Assembly: GCA_043803945.1 (NCBI GenBank) | Contig: JAZDJN010000017.1 | Location: 1-38,129, forward strand | Reading direction: 5' to 3' | Length of the DNA stretch: 38,129 bases | Source of the DNA: a bacterium | Lineage (GTDB): Bacteria; Bacteroidota; Ignavibacteria; UBA10030 | Shown here: positions 19,469 through 29,949 of the stretch, one piece after another | Layout of the letters: the number at the start of each line of letters is the position of its first letter | Numbering within the stretch: position 1 is the first letter of the stretch | Translations under genes and position numbers: made by a program | Notes under the pieces: model-generated | What the model saw: only the letters and a program-made list of their open reading frames with translations | Database searches by the model: none | Told to the model about the DNA's origin: nothing

Positions 19469-22078
19469 GTGCGCTCAACTTCATATTGGAGATTATTGGG
19501 GCTTCTAGTGTGGACAACACTCCTGTCTCAATATTTCCTTTTCTCCCAATCGATCACGCCGAACACACTTCAAGCCCGCCGCACAGGTGAACCAATTAAA
19601 ATCGATGGTAAGTTGACTGAAGCTCTCTGGCAAGTGTCGGGGGAACGCCACTTGATTCAGCGGGAGCCGCTGGAAGGGTTACCGGCATCGGAAAGAACTG
19701 ACGTATGGATTGCTTACGACGATCGTGCGCTTTATATTGCAACTCGTTTATTTGATTCCCATCCGGATTCCATCGTGGGCAGACTTGCCCGGCGGGATGA
19801 AGACTCTGAATCGGACCAGTTTGGCATTGGCATCGATGCTGCTTCTGACAAACGAACTGCGAAATATTTTATTGTCAATCCCGTAGGATCGATAAGGGAC
19901 GGCAGCATCTCCAATGACACTGAAACAGATGATAGCTGGGATGGTATTTGGGAGGTCGCAGTACAAAGTGATGAACATGGCTGGACTGTAGAATTTTGTA
20001 TCCCGTTTTCACAGCTTCGCTTTCCTCCTCGATCTGAATACCGCTGGGGAATTGAATTATTCCGTCGCATCCAGCGAAAGAATGAAGAGTCCTATCTTGT
20101 GCTCCACCCGCGAAACGATGCCATGCGGGTCTCTCGGTGGTTTGAATTAACCGGCATCGCAGGAATTACACCTCCTTCCCGGATCGAAGTGTTGCCTTAC
20201 GCGACTGTGAGTGGAAGATATATCGAGCAACCCGCGGTCGATAAATTTAATGCCGGAAGAAAGGATCCCTATGAGATGGGCCGGATCTATCCCGTCAATA
20301 TCGGAGTTGATGGAAAGATGGGGCTCTCTGGAGATGTGACACTCGATCTCTCGATTAATCCCGACTTCGCGCAGGTGGAAGTCGATCCGGCTGTCGTGAA
20401 TCTTACCGCATATGAATTCCAGTATCAGGAAAAGCGTCCGTTCTTTATAGAAGGATCCGGCATTCTCCGGTTTGGCCGCGGCGGAGCTGTGTCGCTACAG
20501 GATTTCAATTGGTCCGATCCGAATTTCTTTTACAGCCGGAGAATCGGGAGAGCGCCGCAGGGTACGATTACCCACGGGGGATTTGTCGATGTTCCTGATC
20601 GTACAACAATTCTGGGGGCAGGAAAAGTGAGCGGAAAAATTACAGACTCATGGTCCTTTGCAGCATTAAGTGCCGTCACCGATCGTGAGTATGGAAGAAT
20701 TGATTCCGCAGGAGTGGAGTTCAACGAGGAGATTGAGCCGAAAGCGCTCTATGGAGTGGTGCGAACGCTGCGGGAATTTAATGGAGCACGTCAAGCGCTG
20801 GGATTTCTCGGAACGTTTATCGAGCGCGATCTCCAAACCTCCTCGTTGGAAAAGATCCTGAATGACGGGGCCGTATCGCTGGGTATTGACGGTTGGAGTT
20901 TTCTGGATGAAGCGAATGACTGGGTTTTCACAGGCTGGGCTGGCGTTTCTTCTGTCTCGGGATCGAAAGAACGGATGCTGCTGCTTCAACAATCCCCGCA
21001 GCATTATTTTCAACGGCCTGATGCAAACTATGTCGAGGTGGATTCATCAAGCACTTCATTACAGGGATGGTCGGGGAGAGTGTGGCTCGATAAGGTGAGG
21101 GGGAACTGGCTCTTTAATGCAGCGATTGGTGCCATCAGTCCCGCATTCGAAACCAACGATGTCGGTTTTATGAAGAATGCAGATTATATCAATGGACACC
21201 TCTTCGTGGGATACCAGTGGTTTGATGTTGATCGAGTGTTTCGCTATAAAGCCATTACTGCGGCTGCGATCCAGGAATACAATTTTGGCGGAGAGAATAT
21301 CGGCAGGTCATTTCGTCTTAATTTCAACACTCAATTCAGTAACTTCTGGCGGGCCTATTGTATGGCCGCCTACAATGTTGAAAGTGTTGATGATAAGCGG
21401 ACACGAGGCGGCCCATTGGTCAAATCACTCAACAGCCGTTATGGTTTTTTGACGGTGATGAGCGATTCCCGGCAATCGCTGTATGGGTCATTTACGCTTC
21501 AGGGAACGAGAGGGGAATCGGGTGGATGGTACCATCTTATGAATTTGAGCCTCTATTGGAAACCGCTTAAAACAGTTGTTCTCAGCGGAGGTCTGGAGTT
21601 CATGAGGAATTTCAATGTGGCACAATACCTGTTTGCATATAATGATCCGGGAGCAGCCGCAACATATGGCAAACGATATATCTTTGGGGTACTCGACCAG
21701 AAACAAATCTCCTCAACGATCCGTGTCAATTGCACATTTACGCCGACACTCAGCCTTCAAGTTTACCTCCAGCCATTGATTTCCGTTGGTGCGTATCAAA
21801 GCCTGCGCGAACTAGGGCAACCGAGGACATTTTTATTTACCCCTTACACTCTTTATCCGCCGGATCAGTTTAACTTCAACTATAAATCGCTTCGGACTAA
21901 TGTAGTACTCCGCTGGGAGTATGTTCCGGGTTCGACGTTTTATGTTGTGTGGACTCATAGCAAACTGGATTATGAAAAGAGCGGTGTATTCGATCCTGTG
22001 CATGATGTCACTACTCTTTTTCGTGACAGACCCGATAATGTTATTGCATTGAAACTTACCTACTGGCTCGGCCAATAA
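19469..22078 (+). CDS. CBM9-like + DUF5916 outer-membrane protein
   Basis: GTG after AGGAGG, signal peptide, IKIDGKLTE..W, INPDFAQVEVD, EKRPFFIEG, FYSRRIG and C-terminal KLTYW. Confidence 0.88.
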   Translation: MRSTSYWRLLGLLVWTTLLSQYFLFSQSITPNTLQARRTGEPIKIDGKLTEALWQVSGERHLIQREPLEGLPASERTDVWIAYDDRALYIATRLFDSHPDSIVGRLARRDEDSESDQFGIGIDAASDKRTAKYFIVNPVGSIRDGSISNDTETDDSWDGIWEVAVQSDEHGWTVEFCIPFSQLRFPPRSEYRWGIELFRRIQRKNEESYLVLHPRNDAMRVSRWFELTGIAGITPPSRIEVLPYATVSGRYIEQPAVDKFNAGRKDPYEMGRIYPVNIGVDGKMGLSGDVTLDLSINPDFAQVEVDPAVVNLTAYEFQYQEKRPFFIEGSGILRFGRGGAVSLQDFNWSDPNFFYSRRIGRAPQGTITHGGFVDVPDRTTILGAGKVSGKITDSWSFAALSAVTDREYGRIDSAGVEFNEEIEPKALYGVVRTLREFNGARQALGFLGTFIERDLQTSSLEKILNDGAVSLGIDGWSFLDEANDWVFTGWAGVSSVSGSKERMLLLQQSPQHYFQRPDANYVEVDSSSTSLQGWSGRVWLDKVRGNWLFNAAIGAISPAFETNDVGFMKNADYINGHLFVGYQWFDVDRVFRYKAITAAAIQEYNFGGENIGRSFRLNFNTQFSNFWRAYCMAAYNVESVDDKRTRGGPLVKSLNSRYGFLTVMSDSRQSLYGSFTLQGTRGESGGWYHLMNLSLYWKPLKTVVLSGGLEFMRNFNVAQYLFAYNDPGAAATYGKRYIFGVLDQKQISSTIRVNCTFTPTLSLQVYLQPLISVGAYQSLRELGQPRTFLFTPYTLYPPDQFNFNYKSLRTNVVLRWEYVPGSTFYVVWTHSKLDYEKSGVFDPVHDVTTLFRDRPDNVIALKLTYWLGQ

Positions 22079-22108
22079 AAAACCCTCACTCTTACTGGAA
22101 TGAGGGTT
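22077..22108 (-). terminator. Intrinsic terminator between convergent genes
   Basis: Stem AACCCTCA (22081-88)/TGAGGGTT (22101-08) with an A-run on the left, which reads as a U-tract on the minus strand. Confidence 0.6.
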
Positions 22109-22145
22109 GAGAATAAACTCCGTTCTGGTCGGAGACCGGTTGAGT

Positions 22146-24968
22146 TCAGTTTTTCCCCTTCTTTCTGATAATAGCGGCTTTATACCGTGCGTCCATCGCA
22201 ATTTTAAAGAAATCCGGATCGAGGATTTGTTGGATAACATACTGGAGTTCGACCGCTTTTGCGAGTGACGCGATTGCTTTCAGAGTATCATTATTAATGG
22301 TGGAGACTCGTGCCTGGTAATAACAAAGATAAGCAGAAGTGGGTGACAGTTTCAGAGCTTCATCAAGTGATCTTACCGCTTCTTTTGCTCTGCCAAGTCG
22401 TGCCTGAACCAGGGCGTGAGTACCCTGGAGCAACGCGAACGATTCCAGCAATTCCTTACTCGTGGTCGATGCAAGCGTTCTTCGATCCTTAAAGATTATA
22501 TCGACGGCGAGCTTATCCCCCTGCAGGAGAACTGCTTCGGCGTCGAGAGATTTGCCCGCACTTTGCAATGCTTGTCCCCATTGGTAGTACAGTTCAATTT
22601 TTCGAATATCAGGTGCACGGTCAATATATTGCTGGCAGAATCGAACTGCATTGGTCTCCTGATCTGCGCCGACCCAGGCACTCATTCGGTATCTGGCATT
22701 GATGAGGGAGTCTTTGGCTCCATTGCTCACGGCCAGATTATAAAATTTTAGGGCTTCGGTGTAATTCCGTTTGTAGTGTTGTGCCAGTCCCTGCACGATA
22801 TACGATTTTGGATTATAGGGGTCGATTTTAACAGCTCGTGCAGCTCGCTCGCTTGCTTTTTCTAAATCACCCGAGAGCAGGTAGAGATAAATTTGTTCAC
22901 GGATGCATTCGGGATTACTCGGTTCGAGTGCAAGGCCTTTGGTAATCGACTCCCCGGCAATATCCCAGAAATGATTATGCCGTGCGATTTTCGTTTGAAG
23001 AAGGTGAACATCGGCAAGATTCTTTGTTAATGCTGTTGCCCGTTCATAAAAAACATAGGCAGAATCCAGGAGTGCCGGTTCGCTTTCTCCTCCAAGTTCG
23101 TACTTCTGTATGAGTCCCAATCCATACGACGCATAAATAGTAGCGTATCCGGATGCCGCTTGGTGAAGATTCATCAGGATGATAAGTGCTTCATCGGTGG
23201 ATTCAATTGTCCCCAGGTTGAGCAACATTTGCGCTTTCCAGTATTTCTCAAACATTTCGAGACTGGATATTTTCTTTCCGGGGGAAATTGTAAGGTCCAT
23301 GCCGAACTCTTTCATAATGTCCAGGGCGACCGTTCCTGCAATCGGTTCAAAATCCGAAAGGCCCTTGCCATCGAAATCCTTTTCCCAGACAATCCGATCG
23401 GTTGCGACTTCGATAAGCTTGACATGGAGAAGGAATATCTCACCGTCCTGCCGGAATGTGCCGGTCACCAGTTCGTCCGCGTTCAGTGCCTGGCCGAGCT
23501 CAGCGGTTGTCGTGAGTTTCGGTGATAACTTAGAAGTGCTTGTTACTGAAATAATATGGAGATCGGCTATCTGGGCAAGCTGTTTCCCGATCGTTGCGGT
23601 AAGCGCATACCCCAGGATACCCTCCTGCCCTTGTTTTTCGTTTTTAAAAGGCAGCATCGCGATGGTTGATGTACTTGAGAGTACATTTTCCTGGAGGAAA
23701 GGAATAGCGATGATAACACCGATGATAGCGGCAACTGCAACTGCTCCCACTCCGATATAAATCCAGATGCGCGATTTCTTTTTCTCTTCCGTTTTTCGTT
23801 GCAGTGAGATCGGCCGTGCCCGCAGCGTTTCCAGGGCTTCTTTTTGTTTCCTGACCATTTCCTCCTGCTCACGCTCAGCAGCTTCTCTCGCTTTTGCCGC
23901 TTCGAGATCCTTCGTCGCCTGAATTGCTTGTTTGATTTGTTCTTCTATCTGCTTGGCTTGTGCATTTTTCGGGTCGACCGTATACACTTGCTGAATGGAA
24001 TCGAATGCTTGATCGAATTGTTCCTTTTCAACAAACTGAAGAACAACCGCTAATTTTTCTTGAATCCTCTGATCCCGTTCTTCTTCCTTGCGTTTCCGAT
24101 CTTCCCGAAGGCGCCGCTTGCGCTCCTCTTCCTCACGCTTGGCTTTATCTTCTTCGATCTGGAGCGTTAACATCTGTGCATTGTAGTGAATGGTCACTAC
24201 ACGATACACTTGCTGAATATAATCTTCAGCTTTTTCCAGATTGCCGGCCTGGAATTCCGCTTCAGCCTGCTTGAAGAACTCATCTGCCTCTTTCCGTTTT
24301 CCATCCTCCCCAGCTTTTACCTTCGCCACTTCGACACGCTTTGCTTCCTCCTCTTCCTGCTTGGCGATTGTTTCTGCTTTGCGTTGCGATGGCCGCTGAC
24401 GGGCACTCTCGGATGCTTCGGAGAGTTCAGGTATGCTTTCCAGCAATACTTCATAGACTTCTACAGGTTCTGCGATGTTCTTCAATTCAATAGTGCCCAT
24501 CTCGTAGACGCGGAGATGCATCTTTTTCCGAACCTGTTTGTAAACATCTCCGGAGATACAAATTCGTGTCGGGTCGGTGATTGCTTCGATGCGCGCGGCG
24601 ATATTGACTCCATCGCCAAAGACATCATTCCCGACGACGGTAACTTCACCAAGGTGAATACCGATACGAATTTCTATCTTTTCAATTTCCCTTTTATTTT
24701 TATTGTATTCCCAAAAAGTTTCCTGTACTTCAATTGCACAGCGCAGGGCGTTGACAGCACTCGAGAAGTCCACCATAAACGAATCGCCAATAGACTTGAT
24801 CACCACACCGCCATGCTTGATGACAAGATCATTCACTTTCGCATCGTGGATTCTCAAAAGCTGAAGGCCGGCCTCTTCATTCTCTCCCATTTTCTTGGAG
24901 AAATCCCGGATATCGGTAAACATGATTGCGGCGAGCTTCCGGGTTCCTTCTTCTTCAGTAATTGGCAT
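22146..24968 (-). CDS. Class III adenylate/guanylate cyclase with charged helical/TPR linker, TM, TolB-N-like and TPR domains
   Basis: IMFTDIRDFS, KSIGDSF, RIGIHLG and DVFGDGVNIAAR; E/K/R-rich helices; TM IWIYIGVGAVAVAAIIGVII; TIAMLPFKN; TPR-like repeats. Confidence 0.9.
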   Translation of the reverse strand: MPITEEEGTRKLAAIMFTDIRDFSKKMGENEEAGLQLLRIHDAKVNDLVIKHGGVVIKSIGDSFMVDFSSAVNALRCAIEVQETFWEYNKNKREIEKIEIRIGIHLGEVTVVGNDVFGDGVNIAARIEAITDPTRICISGDVYKQVRKKMHLRVYEMGTIELKNIAEPVEVYEVLLESIPELSEASESARQRPSQRKAETIAKQEEEEAKRVEVAKVKAGEDGKRKEADEFFKQAEAEFQAGNLEKAEDYIQQVYRVVTIHYNAQMLTLQIEEDKAKREEEERKRRLREDRKRKEEERDQRIQEKLAVVLQFVEKEQFDQAFDSIQQVYTVDPKNAQAKQIEEQIKQAIQATKDLEAAKAREAAEREQEEMVRKQKEALETLRARPISLQRKTEEKKKSRIWIYIGVGAVAVAAIIGVIIAIPFLQENVLSSTSTIAMLPFKNEKQGQEGILGYALTATIGKQLAQIADLHIISVTSTSKLSPKLTTTAELGQALNADELVTGTFRQDGEIFLLHVKLIEVATDRIVWEKDFDGKGLSDFEPIAGTVALDIMKEFGMDLTISPGKKISSLEMFEKYWKAQMLLNLGTIESTDEALIILMNLHQAASGYATIYASYGLGLIQKYELGGESEPALLDSAYVFYERATALTKNLADVHLLQTKIARHNHFWDIAGESITKGLALEPSNPECIREQIYLYLLSGDLEKASERAARAVKIDPYNPKSYIVQGLAQHYKRNYTEALKFYNLAVSNGAKDSLINARYRMSAWVGADQETNAVRFCQQYIDRAPDIRKIELYYQWGQALQSAGKSLDAEAVLLQGDKLAVDIIFKDRRTLASTTSKELLESFALLQGTHALVQARLGRAKEAVRSLDEALKLSPTSAYLCYYQARVSTINNDTLKAIASLAKAVELQYVIQQILDPDFFKIAMDARYKAAIIRKKGKN

Positions 24969-25198
24969 ACTGTGTACCGGATTTAGTGGTCAAATTCGAA
25001 ATGTTCACGTTGGCGGAAAGAATGAATCTTATTTCCAACCGCTTCTATAGTCGGACCATGATCTGGTCAAGACCTCACAGAGAGGCGAAATACGGCTACC
25101 GGTGCAAGATATTCACTCGTTAGCGGAATGTCAACATCTCTCCCTCTAAATGTGCGAATGGAAAATCTTGCTCTTTTGCGGGAGATTCTGAAAGATTC

Positions 25199-27319
25199 CT
25201 ACAGCTTACAATAATATTTTTTCACGTACTCGGCGATCATTCGATTCGTATTATAGACAGGAATCAATGTCCTCATAGAGTGGCGAACTCGTTTCAACCA
25301 TTGAACCGGGATTCCATGGTCATTCCTTAAATAAAACTCCGGGATGATCTTCTCCTTCAGCACGCGGATGAGGCTCTGGAAATCCTTATCATCCTGAAAA
25401 TCGATATCGTGTTGGCGACTTTCATCGCCAATTGACCAGCCATTGCTGCCATTATATGCCTCCGGCCACCAGCCATCCAGCATACTGAGGTTTAAACCAC
25501 CGTGAATAAGAATCTTCTGACCGCTGGTGCCGCTGGCTTCGAGGGGGCGACGAGGAGTGTTCAGCCAGAGATCGGCGCCGGCAACAAGATGGCGGGCAAC
25601 ATTCATATCGTAGTTTTCGAGGAAAACGACTTTCCCCTGGAGCTGTGGATGGTGTGTAAATTCCCAGATAAGCTGTAGAAAACGTTTCCCCTCATTGTCA
25701 CGCGGATGAGCTTTCCCGGAAAAAGTCATCTGCACCGGCCGTTGAGGATCAGTAAAAAGAGGGATGATCTCCTCGAGATGCCGGAAGAGTAGTGTCGCGC
25801 GTTTATAGGTGGCAAAGCGCCGTGCAAAACAAATTGTCAAGGCATCCGGGGAAAGAAGTTGTTCCAGGGTGCTTAGACTCTCATGGCCGCTGCGGAGATA
25901 CTCGTCGCGTTTCCGGTGACGGACAAACTCAATGAGCAGCCGGCGTAACTCATAGCGCAATGCCCACAGTTCTTCATCAGTGGCCAATCCGTTCACCTCA
26001 ATGCCATGCCAGAATTTAGTATCCATGAGTTTGCTGGTCCAATCAATTCCGAGTCGCTTATTCCAGAACTCATGGGCTTTCCCGATAGCCCAGCTTGGCG
26101 TGTGAACGCCATTAGTGACATGGCCAATAGGAACATCCTCGACAGCCAGTGAAGGATAGAGGTCGCGCCACATCTCTCTGGAGACTTGACCATGAAGCTC
26201 GCTCACCCCGTTTGCTGCACGTGACATTTTGAGAGCAAGCACAGTCATCGTGAATTGCTCAGAAGGTTCCTGCGGATGCACACGGCCATAGGTCATTAAC
26301 TCTTCAAACGTAAGTCCGGTTTTACTCCAGAAATTTCCAAGCAGATGATGGATCATCTCAGGACTGAAACGGTCGTGACCGGCGGCGACCGGAGTGTGTG
26401 TAGTAAAAATGCATTGTGCCGTAACTGTGAGTTCAGATTCGGGCTTTGTTTTGCCGGAACGCAATTCCTCCTGCAATAATTCAAGTGTGAGGAACGCTGA
26501 ATGCCCTTCATTCATATGGTAGACCGATGGCTCGATCCCGAGCGAACGAAGCAGGCGCACGCCACCGATTCCAAGGACGATTTCCTGACCTATTCGTGTA
26601 TCGATGTTGCCGCCATAGACGTTTGCCGTCAGCCCCTGAAAATGATGTTCGTTTTCCGGCAGGTTGGTGTCTAAGAGATACAATATTGCACGTCCCACAC
26701 GCAGTTTCCACGCCTGGAACCGGACGATGCTATGACCGATCTCAACCGCGTTGAGCAACGGCGAACCATCAATATTCGTTACCAATTCAAGGGGAGAACG
26801 ATCGGGATGAAAAACCGGATAGTGCTCCTGTTGCCAGCCGTCAGGGCCGAGGCGTTGCTGGAAGTAGCCATTCCGATAAAACAGGCTGATACCAATGAAA
26901 GGAATGCCGAGGTCGCTCGCCGATTTTGTGTGATCTCCAGAAAGAACACCCAATCCGCCGGAATAAATCGGTAGTGATTCGTGCAATCCAAATTCTGCGC
27001 TGAAGTACGCCACAGGATTTTTTAATCGCGGGGAAAACTGACTCGCCCAGGTGATCTCTTCATTGAGATACGATTCAAACTCATCAAGGACTGTACGAAC
27101 CTTCCGTGCGAAATCAGGTTCATGGAGCCGTGCTTTCAATTCAGCGCGTGAGATTTCGGTAAGTACTTCGCAGGCATTATGATTGGAACGCTCCCATACC
27201 AGCGGCGAGAGTTCGTGAAAGATCTCCTGCGCCTGCGGGTTCCATGTCCACCATAAGTTTTTTGAAAGATCAATAAGTCGCTCGGCGAGTGGCCGGTGAT
27301 TCGGAGATGGTAAGTTCAT
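25199..27319 (-). CDS. glgP: Alpha-glucan (glycogen) phosphorylase
   Basis: AYFSAEFG, YSGGLGVL, HMNEGH, TNGVH, FARRFATYKR and EASGTSGQK. Confidence 0.96.
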   Translation of the reverse strand: MNLPSPNHRPLAERLIDLSKNLWWTWNPQAQEIFHELSPLVWERSNHNACEVLTEISRAELKARLHEPDFARKVRTVLDEFESYLNEEITWASQFSPRLKNPVAYFSAEFGLHESLPIYSGGLGVLSGDHTKSASDLGIPFIGISLFYRNGYFQQRLGPDGWQQEHYPVFHPDRSPLELVTNIDGSPLLNAVEIGHSIVRFQAWKLRVGRAILYLLDTNLPENEHHFQGLTANVYGGNIDTRIGQEIVLGIGGVRLLRSLGIEPSVYHMNEGHSAFLTLELLQEELRSGKTKPESELTVTAQCIFTTHTPVAAGHDRFSPEMIHHLLGNFWSKTGLTFEELMTYGRVHPQEPSEQFTMTVLALKMSRAANGVSELHGQVSREMWRDLYPSLAVEDVPIGHVTNGVHTPSWAIGKAHEFWNKRLGIDWTSKLMDTKFWHGIEVNGLATDEELWALRYELRRLLIEFVRHRKRDEYLRSGHESLSTLEQLLSPDALTICFARRFATYKRATLLFRHLEEIIPLFTDPQRPVQMTFSGKAHPRDNEGKRFLQLIWEFTHHPQLQGKVVFLENYDMNVARHLVAGADLWLNTPRRPLEASGTSGQKILIHGGLNLSMLDGWWPEAYNGSNGWSIGDESRQHDIDFQDDKDFQSLIRVLKEKIIPEFYLRNDHGIPVQWLKRVRHSMRTLIPVYNTNRMIAEYVKKYYCKL

Positions 27320-27429
27320 TCAGTGATATTCTTGGTCAATACATTCATTATAGAAACGGGGCATAGAATGCAAAAAAAAACCTTCAAAAGCCATACTCTT
27401 TTCTCTCCAAGGAATAAGCCGTGGAGTTT

Positions 27430-29685
27430 TCATTTCCAGCCTGAATATCGCAATCGCAGCGAATTGGAGATGACGCTGACTGAACTCATCGCCATGGCAA
27501 CGGCAGCCACCATTGGGTTGAGATAGCCAAGCGCTGCAATAGGAATGCCAATCAGGTTATAGACAAAAGCCCAGAAGAGATTCTGCTTGATTGTACGGAT
27601 TGTTCTTCTCGACAGATCGATCGCCTCGGCTATCCCGTGGAGATCATTCTTCATTAACGTAATGTCTGCAGATTCCATCGCCGTGTCGGTCCCTGATCCC
27701 ATGGCGATACTGACATCGGCTTGTGCGAGGGCAGGGCCATCATTAATGCCATCGCCGACCATGGCAACCCGTGCCTTCTGTCCTTGCAGTGATTTGACCT
27801 TGAGTGCTTTTTCCTGAGGCAGCACTCCTGCGATAACCTCATCGACACCGGATTGCCTGGCGATGAATTCCGCTGCGCGCGGATGATCCCCGGTTACCAT
27901 AATCGTTTTCAAGCCAAGTTCTTTCAAGCGGAGAATGGCGGCCCGTGAAGTTGGTTTGATGGAATCGGCTATGGCCAGTATTCCGGCCAGCGTTCCATCG
28001 ATAGAAACGCAGACTACCGTTTTCCCTTCATCAGAATGCTGTCCAATGTTCGACGATGCCTGGCCAATCGCCACAGCACGCTCATGCATCAGCAATTCAT
28101 TCCCGATCAGAATCTTTTTTCCGGCAACGATACCCTCGAGACCAAATCCCGGCAGTGCAGTAAAGGAGTCTACCCGCTGCACAATAATTTCTTGTCGGAG
28201 AGCGTATGTTCGTATGGCCTTACCCACAGGGTGTTCCGATTTCAATTCCAGCGTTGCACAGATATTGAGTATCTCTGAGGATTCAAATCCATTGAATGGA
28301 ATGACCTCAATAACCTGCAAAGCTCCTTTCGTGATAGTCCCTGTCTTATCGAACATCACTGTATCTATCATATGGGCGCGTTCCAGGCTTTCAGCATTGC
28401 GAATCAGAATTCCTTTCGTTGCTCCCAAGCCCGTTCCAACCATGATCGCTGTTGGTGTTGCCAGGCCGAGGGCACATGGGCACGCAATGATCAAAACGGC
28501 AATGAAATTCACAAGTGCTTCGTTGAACGGAAGTCCCCCGATGATAAGCCAGCCAAGTAGTGTGAGCAGGGCAATGCCTATGACTGAAGGAACGAAGATC
28601 GAGGCAATCCGGTCGGCAAGGGCTTGTATCGGTGCCTTGGAGCCCTGGGCTTCCTCCACCAGCTTGATGATGTGGGCAATGAGCGTGTCTTTTCCAACTG
28701 CCGATGCACGAAACTGAAAAGAGCCGTGAGTATTAAGTGTTCCACCGATGACTCTCTCCTCGGCCTTTTTTTCTACCGGAATACTTTCCCCGGTTACCAT
28801 GGATTCGTCGATGGAGGAATAACCGTTGAGAATAATTCCATCCACCGGAATTTTTTCACCCGGGCGCACGATCAGTACATCGCCAACTAAAACCTCGCCG
28901 ATAGGCAGTTGAAGTTCCTTCCCAGACCGCATCACTGAGGCTGTTTTCGGCTGCAAGTCAATCAGTGTTTTCATCGCCTCCGTGGTTCTATGCTTTGCAC
29001 GGGCCTCAAGCATCCGCCCAAGGAGGATCAAGACAATAATTGTAGAAGCGGTGTCATAATAGGTGTGCGGCAGTTCAGCGGTACTGCTGAGAAGTGCGGG
29101 GAACAGTGTCCCTGTAAGACTGTAGAGATAGGCAGCACCGGTACCTACTGCAACCAATGTGTTCATATCTGCAGTAAAGTGTTTGGTATTCTGCCAGGCA
29201 ATACGGAAAAATCGCCTTCCCGGGAAAAACAGTATTGGCGTGGTGAAAAGAAACAGGATCTTGTTTATTTCCTCCATGCTCAAGGGTACCGTATCATGAA
29301 ACCATGACTGCATGCTCACCATACCGATGAGAAAAACAGGTACGCCGAGAATCATACCGACGAAGAGATCCCGCTGCAATTCTTTGAACGCTGCATATTG
29401 ATGTGAGGATTCTGAGGCTATGCAAGGTTCAATGCTGCCCGAACGAGCTGGCGACGGAGGCGGAAGATGGAGCGTGTAACCGGCCTGTTCAACGGCCGAC
29501 GCGAGCTGTTCAAGAGAGGTCTTCGCTGGATCAAACGAGAGCGACACTTTCTCTGTGGCGAGATTAACCGCCGCGAGTTCAACACCGTCGATCTTCTTCA
29601 GTGTTTTCTCGACGCGTGCAACACAACTTGCACAGGTCATTCCCTCAACAGGTAGAATATGCTGCTCTCTGGATTGATCTGTCAT
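27430..29685 (-). CDS. copA: Cu(I)-type P1B ATPase
   Basis: [42 protein letters not shown] and MAMSSVSV. Confidence 0.95.
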   Translation of the reverse strand: MTDQSREQHILPVEGMTCASCVARVEKTLKKIDGVELAAVNLATEKVSLSFDPAKTSLEQLASAVEQAGYTLHLPPPSPARSGSIEPCIASESSHQYAAFKELQRDLFVGMILGVPVFLIGMVSMQSWFHDTVPLSMEEINKILFLFTTPILFFPGRRFFRIAWQNTKHFTADMNTLVAVGTGAAYLYSLTGTLFPALLSSTAELPHTYYDTASTIIVLILLGRMLEARAKHRTTEAMKTLIDLQPKTASVMRSGKELQLPIGEVLVGDVLIVRPGEKIPVDGIILNGYSSIDESMVTGESIPVEKKAEERVIGGTLNTHGSFQFRASAVGKDTLIAHIIKLVEEAQGSKAPIQALADRIASIFVPSVIGIALLTLLGWLIIGGLPFNEALVNFIAVLIIACPCALGLATPTAIMVGTGLGATKGILIRNAESLERAHMIDTVMFDKTGTITKGALQVIEVIPFNGFESSEILNICATLELKSEHPVGKAIRTYALRQEIIVQRVDSFTALPGFGLEGIVAGKKILIGNELLMHERAVAIGQASSNIGQHSDEGKTVVCVSIDGTLAGILAIADSIKPTSRAAILRLKELGLKTIMVTGDHPRAAEFIARQSGVDEVIAGVLPQEKALKVKSLQGQKARVAMVGDGINDGPALAQADVSIAMGSGTDTAMESADITLMKNDLHGIAEAIDLSRRTIRTIKQNLFWAFVYNLIGIPIAALGYLNPMVAAVAMAMSSVSVISNSLRLRYSGWK

Positions 29686-29721
29686 AACAGTCCGACTGCC
29701 GCTGATGATCGATATTGCTCG

Positions 29722-29789
29722 CTATGCAGAGACAAGCTTGAATCCGGCTTCTTCAACAATCTTTCTAAGGTGAGTTCTTTTCTGATCAT
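29722..29789 (-). pseudogene. Internally deleted CopZ-like HMA chaperone remnant
   Basis: AAGGA RBS and ATG 29789 give MIRKELT (HMA-like N-terminus). A second frame gives LRKIVEEAGFKLVSA-TAG (HMA-like C-terminus; compare [10 protein letters not shown] in CopA). The GMxCxxC core is absent. Confidence 0.6.
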
Positions 29790-29883
29790 ATGATTTCCTT
29801 ATGGTTCTTTTTAACAGCTTTTCTTATCTCTTTAACAGAGATCTGGCCGCTATCGTTTCCATGTCGTCGATGAATATTCATTA

Positions 29884-29919
29884 AGAAATAGAAAAGCCAC
29901 CTTCTCGTATGAAGATGGC
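29884..29919 (-). terminator. Intrinsic terminator after ackA
   Basis: Minus strand reads GCCATCTTC-ATACGA-GAAGGTGGC followed by TTTTCTATTTCT. Confidence 0.7.
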
Positions 29920-29949
29920 CTCTTTCTAGAGCAATACTTAGGTTTTTCC

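Noticed and set aside
24186-24986. 266-aa plus-strand ORF (also 27935-28717, 9722-10333 and 5543-6121)
   Set aside because: These are antisense shadows of well-supported genes and carry no motifs.
24969-25198. Riboswitch upstream of the cyclase gene
   Set aside because: Only small hairpins are present, with no c-di-GMP or other known aptamer consensus seen.
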